64,000 nt of DNA, taken from Octopus bimaculoides (taxonomy: Eukaryota). Below the pieces are notes generated by a model. The model did no database searches and was not told the origin of the DNA. It saw nothing but the letters and a program-made list of their open reading frames with translations. The translations under genes were made by a program, and so were the position numbers. The first letter of the stretch is position 1; every line of letters starts with the position of its first letter. Positions 26,200-38,320 of the stretch are shown here, in pieces. The stretch spans positions 33,641,342-33,705,341 of the forward strand of contig NC_068990.1 of assembly GCF_001194135.2 (NCBI RefSeq). The letters run 5' to 3'.

Positions 26200-26830
26200 A
26201 TGCACATTTATGCTCTCCACTATCTATCACTCATTGTCCTGACATCTAAATCAGCTTTTCTATAGGGCTATGGCATGACCATACTTTGAGTTTGTATCTC
26301 CAGTCTGAAATCCCCAATTTCTCCAGAATATCACTGAAAGCTATCAAGAGACATGCAACCAAGCAAGTACTCTCCATCAGTCACAGTATTCTGAACATCT
26401 TGCTTCTCTGCACATCAACACACTAAATCTTTTAATAATTAGTAGCTGATTTGGTAGGACCTCACATGATTATCTACCATCTTTCAAACAATAACTTAGG
26501 CCACCTTTTCTTAATTCAATTTCTCTATCACCCATTGACATGCTTATAAAATCAAAGACAGTGCAGCATCCATGACTTTCAGAACATTTCTTTCATGTCC
26601 AGAATTGTTGAACCATGGAGTAAACTACAAGTGTTGGTCGTTGGCTGTCAGGAACACTATATCCTTCAAAAATTCTAAGCTCCCTAAAAGTTATCAATTC
26701 TAATCTTGATGCACCATTGCAACCTTTCCTCTTTATTCTTCCTTTGCCATCCACTTTTTGTGTTTAATCCTGTGTACTGTGCATGTATTTCTAGCTTTCA
26801 TTGCTGTCTTTCTTTATTTGACTTATGGCT
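26200..26830 (+). mobile_element. CR1-like LINE 3' end remnant
   Basis: HAYKIKRQCSIHDFQNISFMSRIVEPWSKLQVLVV resembles the CR1/L2 'H..KL.....R..FF..R.V..WN.LP..VV' terminus. Confidence 0.55.
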
Positions 26831-26921
26831 GCTTTCTATCCCCTATTTTATCTATTCCCAACAAGTTGAATGCACCTGAGTACTGTATACAATAAGCTCA
26901 TTATTATTATTATTATCATTA

Positions 26922-26967
<46 letters not shown>

Positions 26968-27279
26968 GATATATAACAGTGTGATGATGATGTGTTGGCC
27001 ATGATGTTAGGGAAGGTCTGTAAAGATCACACTGCATTGTCTATACAGAAAGTATTTTACTGAACTTCAATGTTCAGTAATTTGTGTGAAATAATCACAG
27101 AAGAAGTTCATGTAATTCCAAGAATTTATAGACTTATCAAACCAATACAAACAGAGAAAATCAAATGTGAAAATACCATCAGTTATGTACAGGAAACACT
27201 ACAGAGCCTCATTGGTGTGTTGCAATCTCTCACTAACAATTATGTATTGAGAAGTTATTGATGCATTTAATTTTTCTTA

Positions 27280-27585
27280 TTCCTTGTAAGCCTAGTACTT
27301 ATTTTATCAGTCTTTTTTGCCAAACTGCTAAGTCATGGAGGATATAAACACACCAACATCGGTTGTAAAGCGATGATGGGACAAACACAGACACACAAAT
27401 ACACCCCCCTCACACACACATATATATGATGGGTTTCTTTCAGTTTCCGACTACCAAATCCACTCACAAGGCTTTGGTTAGCCCGAGGCTATAGTAGAAG
27501 ACACTTCCCCAAGGTACCACACAAAGGGACTGAATCTGGAACAATGTGGCTGGGATGCAAGCTTCTTACCACACAGCCACTCCTG
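27280..27585 (-). mobile_element. SINE family A
   Basis: Reverse complement of the 8498 element: aagcctagtacttatt...ttccgactaccaaatccactcacaaggctt...cttaccacacagccactcctg. Confidence 0.88.
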
Positions 27586-27595
27586 TGCACATACG

Positions 27596-27626
<31 letters not shown>

Positions 27627-27969
27627 GTATGTATGTATGTATGTAAGCATATTCCAATCTATACCAGCCAGCCAGCATGGAACATCATCACCGTTATTTT
27701 AATGTCCACTTTTTCATCCTTGAAATCAGTCAAATAGAATTTGGGACAGATTTTCTATGACCAGATGCCCTTCCTGTCACCAACCCTCACTTTTTTCCAA
27801 GCAAGTTAATATTTCCTTATGACCAGATATGTTTTCACACAAACCTGGAAAGCTAGCAGTATGATGGAAAGCTAGCAGTATGATGACACATATTTACAAT
27901 TGTCACATAATGTCAAGATAAAGAGACAACCCCATCCACACAAACATACATGTACATATACATATATAC

Positions 27970-28118
27970 AATTTCCATTTATTAAATCCACTAACAAGGC
28001 TTTGGTTACCCTGGGGCTATATTAGATGACACTTGTCCAAGGTGTCGTGCAGTTGGTCTGAATCCAGAACCTTATGGTTGCGAAGTAAACTTTTTACAAC
28101 CCAACTGTACTTGCACCT
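27970..28118 (-). mobile_element. SINE family A, 5' part, older copy
   Basis: aaatccactaacaaggctttggttaccctggggctat...gacacttgtccaaggtgtc. Confidence 0.65.
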
Positions 28119-28400
28119 AAGAACATAGATTTTAAAATAATGGTGATATATATATATTTCAACATGCATTCATGCATGCATGCATACATACATACATACA
28201 TACATACATACATACATACATGCATATATAAATATATATATTATGCACTCACATGAAATAAAATAGCTCTTGAAAGTGGCTCAATCATCACTGGCAAATA
28301 GTCACATGCACATGCACACAGACACACACATCTTACTCTGTGATGACAATTAAAATTGTAGTAATTTCTAATTCCATAACAGCTCTAATGTATGCATGTA

Positions 28401-28473
<73 letters not shown>

Positions 28474-28734
28474 TGAGCTGAATTCATGATACATATGGTA
28501 TTAATAATGTATTATGTTATTAACTTTAAACTATTGAACTTCAGTGGAATGGATATGGTGCCTAACATCAAAATATTATTAAGTCACTGAATCATGCATT
28601 CAGTTTCTTCCATTAAATTAGCAGTTTTATAATGAAATCAATTTGTTTTCATATTTAAATATATATAGTTTTTGTCTCAGAAGGCATTGCCTATTTTGCT
28701 TAGCAAGCTGATTTACTCCTGATGACTACATGAC

Positions 28735-29330
28735 TCATCATCATTACTGTTTAATGTTTGTTTTCCATGCTGGCATGGGTTGGATTGCTTGACTGGAACC
28801 GGCAAGGCTAGGGGTTGCACCACATTCCATAGTTTGTTTGGGCTTGGTGTCTATGGAGGGATACCCTTCCTAATCCCAACCACTCCACAGAGTGTACTGG
28901 CTGCTTTTTGCATGACCAGTGCATTTTACATGGCACCATCATCAGTGCTTTTTACGTGGCACTATCACCAGTGCGTTTTATATGGCACCATCACCAGTGC
29001 TTTTTACATGACACCATCACCAGTGCTTTTTACGTGGCACCATTACAAGTGCATTTTATGTGGCACCATCACCAGTGCGTTTTATGTGGCACCATCACCA
29101 GTGCTTTTTACATGGCACCATCACCAGTGCTTTTTACGTGGCACCATTACAAGTGCATTTTATGTGACACCATCACCAGTGCTTTTTATGTGGCACCATC
29201 ACCAGTGAATTTTACATGGCACCATCACCAGTGCCTTTTACGTGGCACCATCACCAGTGCTCTTTATGTGATACCTTGGTTTTAAGATCTCAATTCTGTT
29301 GTGGTGGGCAGGTCTTCTTGACTGCTTATC
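28735..29330 (-). mobile_element. RTE-tail-derived repeat carrying an expanded internal minisatellite
   Basis: catcatcattactgtttaatgtttgttttccatgctggcatgggttgg start; acccttcctaatcccaaccactcc as in the 14545 and 44306 copies. Confidence 0.65.
28918..29275. repeat. 26-bp minisatellite, about 13.8 copies (agtgctttttacgtggcaccatcacc)
   Basis: Units stay in exact 26-nt phase from 28918 to 29256; explains the two repetitive ORFs at 28780 and 28908. Confidence 0.95.
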
Positions 29331-30344
29331 TATACACATACATACATCACTCACTGCATCAAAATGTTTACTGTTGTATTAAACCACTTTAACAAAACTG
29401 CCACTGTAACAAAAAACAAGCATTATAACATAAATGGCTACAACAAAACAACTGCTATTATACAGAGGATTATAATAAAACTGTAGACTAGGTAGGTTGT
29501 GTTATAGAAAAATGCCTGTTATTTAACGCTAAGTAAAGAACTAAAAACAATCACTTAATCATAAATAGTTAGATAATAACATTCAGAATAAAATTTATTT
29601 CTTTAATTTGATAATGCACAATTAGATTTCCAATTAGATTCAGAGAAAACAAAGAAATAAAATCTACAAAAAAAAGGACATTAATTTCAATAAATACACT
29701 CTAATGGTTTTTCTAATTATAATAATTTTAATTATAGAGTAAATTATTAGACATTGCCTTCCTTATTTTAAGCTTCCTGAAGGAAACAGATATTTGAAAG
29801 TCAATTTAAGAAATATTTCAACATGTGAGTTATTGTATGTTTTTTTTTTTTTTTTTTTTCAAGCTGAAGTTGACCAGATACAACACTTTTAAACTACATG
29901 AAATATGATTTTGAATTGATGCAGTTATTATATATTTTGAGAAAAATGTGTATTTTTAGAGAGAGAGGAGAGGAGGAGAGAGGGAGAGAGAGGGACTGAG
30001 GGAGAGAGAGAAACAGAGCAATGCAGGCAGAGGTCAGAGAGTGAAAGTGAGAGACAGCAAAGATAAATGTAAACAAGTAAAATGTGAGATAAGTGATATC
30101 TTCCTCTCTTATTGGTGAACATAGACAGCAGGTCACTATTTACTTTGCAAGCCACAGGTAAATCTTATTTAATTTATGTTGCAAAAACTCAATGCATTGG
30201 GTCTGATGTTTAATAATTCATAATTGGTCCTTATACTAATTTCACAATATATTTTCTACGTGTTTTTTAACATGTCTCTTGAATAACACCATTTTTGCAA
30301 TATGACATACGCACTTTACATACGATTATATATGCATCAGCAAA

Positions 30345-30565
30345 GGAAGTGAGCTGGCCGAAACGTTAGCACGCCGGGCGAAATGCTTAGCGGTATTTTG
30401 TCTACTGTTACATTCTGAGTTCAAATTCTGCCGAGGTCGACCTTGCCTTTCATCCTTTCGGGGTTGATAAATTTAGTACTGGGGTCGATGTAATCGACTT
30501 AATCCGTTTGTCTGTCCTTGTTTGTCCCCTCTATGTTTAGCCCCTTGTGGGCAATAAAGAAATAA
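30345..30565 (+). mobile_element. SINE family B, full length
   Basis: gtgagctggccgaaacgttagcacgccgggcgaaatgcttagcgg...gggcaataaagaaataag. Confidence 0.88.
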
Positions 30566-30566
30566 G

Positions 30567-30760
30567 GAACATTAGCACACTGGGTGAAATCCTTAGCAGT
30601 ATTTTGCCCGTCACTATGTTCAGAGTTCAAATTCCACCAAGGTCAACTTTACCTTTCATCCTTTCAGGGTCGATAAAATAAGTACCATTGAAACACTGGG
30701 GTCAATGTAATTGACTCATTCACTGCCCCCAAAAAGCTGCCTTTGTGGCAAAATTTGAAA
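30567..30760 (+). mobile_element. SINE family B, head-to-tail with the previous copy
   Basis: aacattagcacactgggtgaaatccttagcag...gagttcaaattccaccaaggtcaac...ctttgtggcaaaatttgaaacc. Confidence 0.8.
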
Positions 30761-30779
30761 CCATTATATATACATTTTT

Positions 30780-31195
30780 TTGTTCTTTTATTCTTTTACT
30801 TGTTTCAGTTATTTGACTGTGGCCATGCTGGAGCACCGCCTTTAGTCGAATCAAATCGACCCCAGGACTTATTCTTTGTAAGCCTAGTACTTATTCTATC
30901 GGTCTCTTTTGCTGAACAGCTAAGTTACTGGGACGTAAACACACCAGCATCGGTTGTCAAGCAATGTTGGGGGGACAAACACAGATAAACAACATATACA
31001 CACACATACACGTATATATATATACATATATATGATGGGCTTCTTTCAGTTTCCGTCTACCAAATCCACTCACAAGGCTTTGGTCGGCCCGAGGCTATAG
31101 TAGAAGACACTTGCCCAAGGTGCCACACAGTGGGACTGAACCCGGAACCATGTGGTTTGTAAGCAAGCTACTTACCACACAGCCACTCCTGCGCT
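30780..31195 (-). mobile_element. SINE family A, near full length and young
   Basis: Close reverse complement of 8498-8940 across the whole length. Confidence 0.9.
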
Positions 31196-31741
31196 ATCAG
31201 AATATATTTGGATTTATGCCATGAAAATACGTCAGTTTCCCTCTTGCACATATGCATACATACAGATATACACATACATACACGTATATACACATGCACG
31301 TATGTATGCACTCACACATACAGGCTAAAGCATAGATGTACTAGTCTTACTTTTCATCCTTGTTTACTGCTGCTTCAACAAAATATGGATCAAATACATT
31401 TATTTAAAAAAATGGAAGACATGGATATAAACAATGATTACATAATATTGATTCATGTAAAGTAAAAGCTATAGTCATATCTTCATGTCTGAATGAATAA
31501 ATTTCTTGAAGAAAAACTTGGGTGAATTCACCTAAATTCAGACACAGACTATTTGGTAGGAGGGGCATATATCTTCATAGGAGGAAATTCCACTAGACAT
31601 GCAAATAATGCAAATGTAAATGGTAAAGATAATAGTCTTTATGTATTTGTTGATATAATTATTTTTTTGAAAGTAAACTACATGCATATGTACATTCATA
31701 GATACATAAGAAAATACATACATATATATATACATATAGGA

Positions 31742-31778
<37 letters not shown>

Positions 31779-31789
31779 ATTTCTTTACT

Positions 31790-31955
31790 GCCTACAAGAG
31801 GTTACACACAGAGGGGACAACCAAGAATAGACAAACGGATTAAGTTGATTATATCGACCCCAGTGCATAACTGGTACTTATTTAATCGACCCTGAAAGGA
31901 CGAAAGGCAAAGTCGACCTCAGCAGAATTTGAACTGAGAACATAGTGGCAGACGA
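31790..31955 (-). mobile_element. SINE family B
   Basis: cttatttctttactgcctacaagaggttacacacagaggggacaa...gtcgacctcagcagaatttgaactgagaac. Confidence 0.8.
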
Positions 31956-32069
31956 AAGAAGCATAATATGCCCTGTTAACTGTGGTGCGGTTTGCCAGAA
32001 AATCCATCATCACTACTCTGCAGCAGACTCAAAAGACAGTGAGCATCACTTTGCCTGCTGAGGATTGGA

Positions 32070-32804
32070 CATGAACCTTCTTTAGAGATGGTGAGTTATG
32101 CCTCCATTGCTTTGACTAGACTTTAGTTTCAGGATTATAATGATGGACCCATTTTTTATCCTGTGTGATAACTCTGCCAAAAAAAAGTCCCCCTCGTTTT
32201 CTTGGTACATTACCAAAAGTGTCTGGGAGCAATTGACACATTCCTTCTTCTGAAAAGGTGTGAGCATCTGGGGAATCCATCATGCAGACAACTTCCACAT
32301 ATGCAAATGGTCATGAATGATATTTTTCACGAACTCTACACTTATCTTCATTTCCTGGGCTAGTTGCTGAATAGATATGTGGTGATCCTCCAAAATGGTG
32401 GCTTCCAGTTTATGGATAGTGTCCTCATCAATGGTGGAATGTGATCGTTCAGGAATAAGAGCATTTTCCATGGATGTCTGACCACATTTGAACTGGCGAT
32501 GCCAGTGTTTGACTACATTGTATGATGGTGCATCATCACCATAAACTTCTATCATCTCATTAAAAGTGTCTTTTGGTGTACGACCTTTCAAGTATAAGAA
32601 TCTGATCACTGATCTGCATTGAACTGCCTCCAGTATAATAACACCTTAGTCCACTTCAGCAGCCATAAAAGGCAAACAAATACTAGTGGAAAGCTGCAAT
32701 TTACAACGTGACATGTAAAAAAATGTATAATTATACTTGTACAAGTTCCGTTTCCTGCAATAACTAGAAGTGGGTCAGGGGAAATCTTTAATGAATACCC
32801 CTTG
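32070..32804 (-). mobile_element. Mariner (DD34D-type) transposon, 5' half: TIR plus HTH and start of the catalytic domain, pseudogenised
   Basis: Terminus caaggggtattcattaaagatttcc at 32804. ORF IRFLYLKGRTPKDTFNEMIEVYGDDAPSYNVVKHWHRQFKCG (mariner HTH), then a TGA in place of R of ARWIP, and after a frameshift GRVITQDKKWVHHYNPETK (cf. IVTGDETWVHHYDPETK). Confidence 0.9.
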
Positions 32805-32813
32805 TGTGTATGC

Positions 32814-32848
<35 letters not shown>

Positions 32849-32857
32849 CATACATAC

Positions 32858-32915
<58 letters not shown>

Positions 32916-33631
32916 GCATACCTGCTTACCTGCCAGCATGTGCACACATGCACATACGCACACACACACACACACACACACAAATTGTTCACAAATGAGA
33001 GCAGCAGTGTGTCAAACTCTTTCATTCATCAAATGCTAACCATTAAAGAAAGGTTAATGAAGGTGTAGTAACACCATCTGGTGATGCTCCAGCATGATCA
33101 CAGTTCTTGAGCTGAAATTATTTAAAGAGTAAAAGAATACATAAAGGGAGAGCACTTGGAAGAGATCTAATGGTTGGATACTTGTATAAGATGTTGACCT
33201 TCTACAGAAAGCCATTGATGTGTGTATTCAGAAGAAATACGGAAAGGATAACAAGGATATCTTGCTATCCTTGCTATTCAGAAGAACTGGAAAGGATAGC
33301 AAGGACGAATCTTGTAGCCAAGAATGAAACCACAGAGTAAGCAGAAACCTATAGGTTCATTGCTTTGCCTAAGCTAAATGTAACTACATTATAAAATCTG
33401 CCTCAACCAATTCCTCAAGGATCATCATGAGTGAGAAGAAGGGAGTGTGGGGTAGTGCTGTCTTAAGGTGTAAGCAAACCGGGCAGCTGCCCGGGGGTGG
33501 GGGTGGGGCTCATATGCTTTGGGGCCCAGTTCTGATTTATGTATGTTGTGGTTCACTGTCAATAAGTAATTAGTGTAGGATCCACTGGATTGATTTGCTC
33601 AAGGGTCTATACGGTTGCTAAGATGCCTCTG

Positions 33632-34560
33632 GTTGGAGATATGCCAAAGAACCTTTGATAGGCAAAGTTGTATTGACCAAAGTAAAAGACACTACAGAAT
33701 CCTTGCAACAGTATGGCTTGATTATAGGAAAGTATTTGACTCTATTCCCCACCCATGGTCACTGAGGTCTTTGCACTTGGCAAAAATACCTGCTACATTA
33801 GATGCTGCCACTGAAAGGCTTACAAAAACCTGCTCAACAACCCTCACAATTACAGCTGAGAGTATAGAAGACATATCCAATGTGATAAATATTTGAAAGG
33901 AAATATCCAGAGAAGCTAATTTTCCTGCATTTCTGTTTATTTAGGTATTATATATGTTATTATTTCTTTTACAAAATTCCAGTGGCTACATGCTAGGAGC
34001 TGCAATTGCTGAAGATACCAATGTAACCTGTAATTTCTTTGTAGATGACCTGAAGTGCTATGCTAAGATGTTTACAATGCCAAAAACCAGTTGGAGTTAA
34101 TAACATTTTCAGCTGACACACGAAAGGAATTTGGCCAAAGGAAGTGTTTGTATTTCATTGTTGAACATATAAAATCAGTCTCCAAAGCCTAGAAACTGTG
34201 CATCAAAAGTCGTTTTGTATCAACTGTTCAACACAAAAAAAATGCTACAAATATCTAGGCATTAATGAAAATTTATCATATGCTGTTGCTGTGAACAAAG
34301 AGTGACCTACAAATATTACATCAGACTTAGAAAATTATGACTATTGGAGCTCTCCTCCTCCAACAAGACAATATCCTACAGTGCATTTTCAGTACCAGTG
34401 TTGACAGCAATATTTGGGGGTATTTCACTGATCTGAAGATGAGGTCCAGTCCATAGATATTAAAACCAACCAGCTTCTAGCACCAACTAAAAACTCCCAC
34501 AGAAAGAGTAATACCAATAGGGGAGACAAATGAGGTAGAAGACTGGGGTCAATGCAGACA
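33632..34560 (+). mobile_element. R4/Dong-like non-LTR retrotransposon RT remnant
   Basis: LATVWLDYRKVFDSIPHPWSLRSLHLAKIP (cf. AWIDYRKAFDSVPHSW), FFVDDLKCYA (YxDD equivalent) and KCYKYLGINE. Confidence 0.8.
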
Positions 34561-35439
34561 GTCTTCAAATGTTGCATTAACATCATGATAAATATTATTA
34601 ACATTTATAAAATGCTTTATTTATCCTAAATAATAAATTCTAGGCCAGAACTGTTCCAAAATTAAATAACACAAAATTCTTTATACTAATACTGAGTTCA
34701 CTATGTGCTATGCATGTTAAAATAATTCTTCATCAAATTCATATTTCCCACTCCATCAATTGAATTTTCCTTAGATGCTCAATAAATGTCAATATTGTCA
34801 AGACTGTTATTCAGTTTAGCCTTCAACCTTTTCTTGTCCAGATCAATTGATCATATATGATCATCCACCAAGTCAAAACCAATCCAAGGTTTATATAGAT
34901 TAAGCTACTAGAATATTCAGGGTTATCTTTGTTACGCTACACAATTATTTCTGCCCATGAAGTTTACCTTGCCCTATATCAGCTCTGATCCAGCAGACCA
35001 ATAAGCAAAGGCTTACCAACACTGACCACCTTGTTTTTTTTATTCAGACACAGTTAATATAAGACTACATTATCTACGGTGGCTATTTTTTGATGGGAGA
35101 GTGAGATTTGAGGGAGATGTGACTGTTATTTCAAGGAGATTAAGTAGCAACTTAGAGAACACCTCATTTTTGTAGTAGATGTTGTTGTTGTTTTGCCCTG
35201 AATCAGATTGGATTTAGCAGCCATGATCAAAATACATTTCAAACATGACAATCCTGTCCTCTTTTGTATTTTAGGCACAGTTTGTCTAGGATCACATCAT
35301 CCAATGTATCCGGTTTTAAGTTGTTAGAATTGTGATTTTAGTGTGAGTTGGCTGTTATTTCTAGCAAACAGAGCAAGCAAATGACCTTCCTCATCAGCTT
35401 GATTACAACATCACTGTTTGTAGAAATCTAATGTTAGGG

Positions 35440-35851
35440 TAGCCAGTGAGATATCCTAATGATAGCTATATTAGTCAGTGATGTATTCCAATGACAGCCA
35501 CTTGAACCAGTCAGGGACCCCAAAGACAATAAACCTTAGCCAGTGAGATGTCCTAATGACAGCTATATTAGTCAGTGAGATATCCCAAAGACAGCTATAT
35601 TAGTTGGTCAGTTATCCCAAACACAGTTACTTTAACGAGTGAGAAATCCCAATGTTAGCTATAATAGTCAGTGAGATATTCCAGTGTCAGCTACTTTAGC
35701 CAGTGAGATATTGCAGGGACAGCTAATTTAGCCAGTGAGCTGTCACAGTGGCAGCTATATTAATCAGTGATATATCCCAAAAACAGCTATATTAGTTAAT
35801 GAGATATCTCAAGGACAGCTATATTAGTCAGTGAGATATCACAAACAGCTA
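35440..35851. repeat. 32-bp minisatellite, about 13 diverged copies (agtcagtgagatatcccaaagacagctatatt)
   Basis: Units are directly adjacent with no spacers; 32-nt periodicity can be read by eye. Confidence 0.92.
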
Positions 35852-36309
35852 AATCAATGTTGCAGCACAGTGTTATACCACCTAATATCAATACTTTTAT
35901 AGCTATTCAAGGTAATAACACTTAGACTATAAAACAGTAAGATATGTAGTGAGCATAAGTTAGAAAAGAGATGTTAACACCAAGAGTTTATTGAAGTAAA
36001 TACCAGTTAAAATACATTGATACAACAATTGATATTACGTATGTTTACTACAGAAATAAATTAACAGTAGCAGTCACAGAGGAAACTATGCATTGCTTCC
36101 ATAGTTTTATCCAAAGTTCTGTTAGAAACACTTTGGTTGTATCAAGCTTTCTTCTTTCTAATTTATGTTTCTTCATAAAAATTTGAAGTTAAGCATTTAG
36201 CTAGCAATAATTCTTAATCTGCTGGAGAATTAGACCAGTTTAGGTTATTTAATTTGTTACTTTGTGTTTTTGTATTCTATCAATCATCCTATGTATGTAC
36301 ATACGTACA

Positions 36310-36346
<37 letters not shown>

Positions 36347-36852
36347 ATCTTTTTATCTATTTCTTTGTTCTCCAATTCAACAGCTTAAAACACTGTAAAC
36401 AATGTCTTCGATGCCATTATCAAGATTACATCTACCAGAATTGATCAAGCATGGATTATTTCCGCAGCATTTCAACAAATTACATGTGAATCTCAGCTTA
36501 CAGTGAACATGTAAGTAGCTTGTGGATCTATCACTTTAGTTTTCACTACACAACACACACCTATTCTTGTACATAAACACACACACAAATTTACAAACAG
36601 GTATACATATGAAATGTTATATGCATGTATAATATATACATTAATACAAAGATATACATACACACATACACTAGTTTACACATAAGTGTACATTAATATG
36701 TATCAGCACACACACACACACACACACACCACATAATCCTCAAGATTGAATCTAGCTGTTGTATAGTGTAGATTTGTAAAACATTCAAAAACTTCCTTTA
36801 ATTTTACTGCAGCAGCATATAAACATTCAATGATTAGATACATTCAAACTCA

Positions 36853-36890
<38 letters not shown>

Positions 36891-37026
36891 TCCAAACACA
36901 CACACACCTCATATATACATATATACAAGAACGGTGCAGGACACTTCACAGAATCAATCCTTGAAAGGGATATCAAGTCACCCTTCACTAACAGATTGAA
37001 GACAGCACAGACAAGTTAGAGGTGAT

Positions 37027-37179
37027 CACTAGTGTAGCTAGGTGGGGGGTGGTAGGGGCGGCACTTTTTAAGGGGCACCGCTCTTGGGTCTGCTGTAGGT
37101 AATATGTGTTTTTTGTGGGGTCTGGGGGTGGCGAATGGAAGGGCGACCTCTGGTGGCACACACTCTAGCTACACTAGTG
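37027..37179. mobile_element. 153-bp GC-rich MITE with perfect 15-bp TIRs
   Basis: cactagtgtagctag (37027-37041) and ctagctacactagtg (37165-37179); flanks gaggtgat and gtggtcat match 6/8 as a possible 8-bp TSD. Confidence 0.8.
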
Positions 37180-37249
37180 GTGGTCATGTCTCTGTAAACT
37201 GGAAATATAACACAAGGGATGTCTGAGGGGAAAAAAATCATGAACATTC

Positions 37250-37720
37250 AATAGCAGAACAGGAATGTTACTCAAAGAAATTGGGCAAGCCAACATCTTC
37301 AGCACTGAAACCTTGACTAAATAACACCTGTTTCAAAGGTTGGGCCAAGCTATGTGAATGACATAGGGCTGGTTGTTCAAAAAAATTGCATTGCACCTAA
37401 CTAAATAACTGAAAGTACATGCGAGACAGACATGCTTTTATGGATATGAACTGTTAGTTAAGAATGTCAGGTAGTATGATTTGCATAGGGGCATGCCTTA
37501 TGATAAGGAAGATTATGGAGGGATAAAACCAAACACTGATGAATACCAGAACTGATAGTATGGGAGTCTCAGAAATAGTTTTGTCAATGAAGCAGCCTTA
37601 CATGAAACTTACCCTTCCTTGAAACAAGATATTAGTAGAGCCCATAGCTAGGAGAATCTTATGTTAGACTTAGTCAATGTCAAAGGCTTTACTAATGTCA
37701 AGAAAATACAACAGTCAATT
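37250..37720 (-). mobile_element. CR1/Jockey-like RT remnant
   Basis: Minus strand reads FLDISKAFD and ISSGIHQCLVLS (cf. SGVPQGSVLS). Confidence 0.6.
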
Positions 37721-37824
37721 GAAGTGTGATGTAGATGAGAAAATTTCCAGTAAATTTGGCTCTAAAGGGAACATACAAATTGAAGAAGTGTGAGTCTATA
37801 ACTGTCTCCATTACTTTTGAGATA

Positions 37825-38320
37825 CAATAATCACTTGCCATATCGTGGTTCACCCATCGTGCCCTGAGTACATCGTAGATTTTTCTGGTCAATATATGTA
37901 AATTTATATTGTGGACTCCTCAATATATTGCAGGTTTCTGCAGCCGATAGGTATTTATATTTTTTCAGACTTTAATTATTTTTGTGGTAAACTAAGCATT
38001 TTCAAGCCTAAAAATTTATAAATTACTAAATGAAAATGCAGTATAGTACTGCACTGTATAACACATGAATTAAAATATGTTAAAAGAAAATACGTAGTGT
38101 ACCATAGATGAGTAAACAAAGAATCGCATATATTGTGTGGAAAACGAAACTTGGGAAGTGAGTGCGTGGTGTTGCTTTGCATTTATAATTTAAAAAATAT
38201 ATACAAATTATAAAAATAATCATAAAAACTATACAGTACAGTACTGTTTCTACTTAGTAGATTTTCACCTCTCGCAGGGGTTTTTAGAACATAACACTCA
38301 TGATAGTCGAGGGATTACTG
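37825..38320. mobile_element. Tigger/pogo-like MITE (about 496 bp) with TA TSD
   Basis: ta|caataatcacttgcc...gtcgagggattactg|ta; degenerate cagtaatccctcg TIRs typical of pogo/Tigger. Confidence 0.75.

Noticed and set aside
28780-29285. Two 125-142-aa ORFs with repeating TITSAFY/WHHHQC motifs
   Set aside because: They are frame-cycling translations of a 26-bp minisatellite inside a retroposon.
33453-33631. Possible MITE around a GC-rich patch
   Set aside because: Putative TIRs match only about 8/15 and no TSD was found.
35440-35851. CRISPR-like 32-bp periodicity
   Set aside because: Units are directly adjacent with no unique spacers, no cas genes are present, and the context is eukaryotic.
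36390-36500. Minus-strand Cys-rich KCCGNNPCLINSGRC resembling EGF
   Set aside because: Cys spacing is incomplete, there are no flanking splice sites, and the frame ends in a stop.
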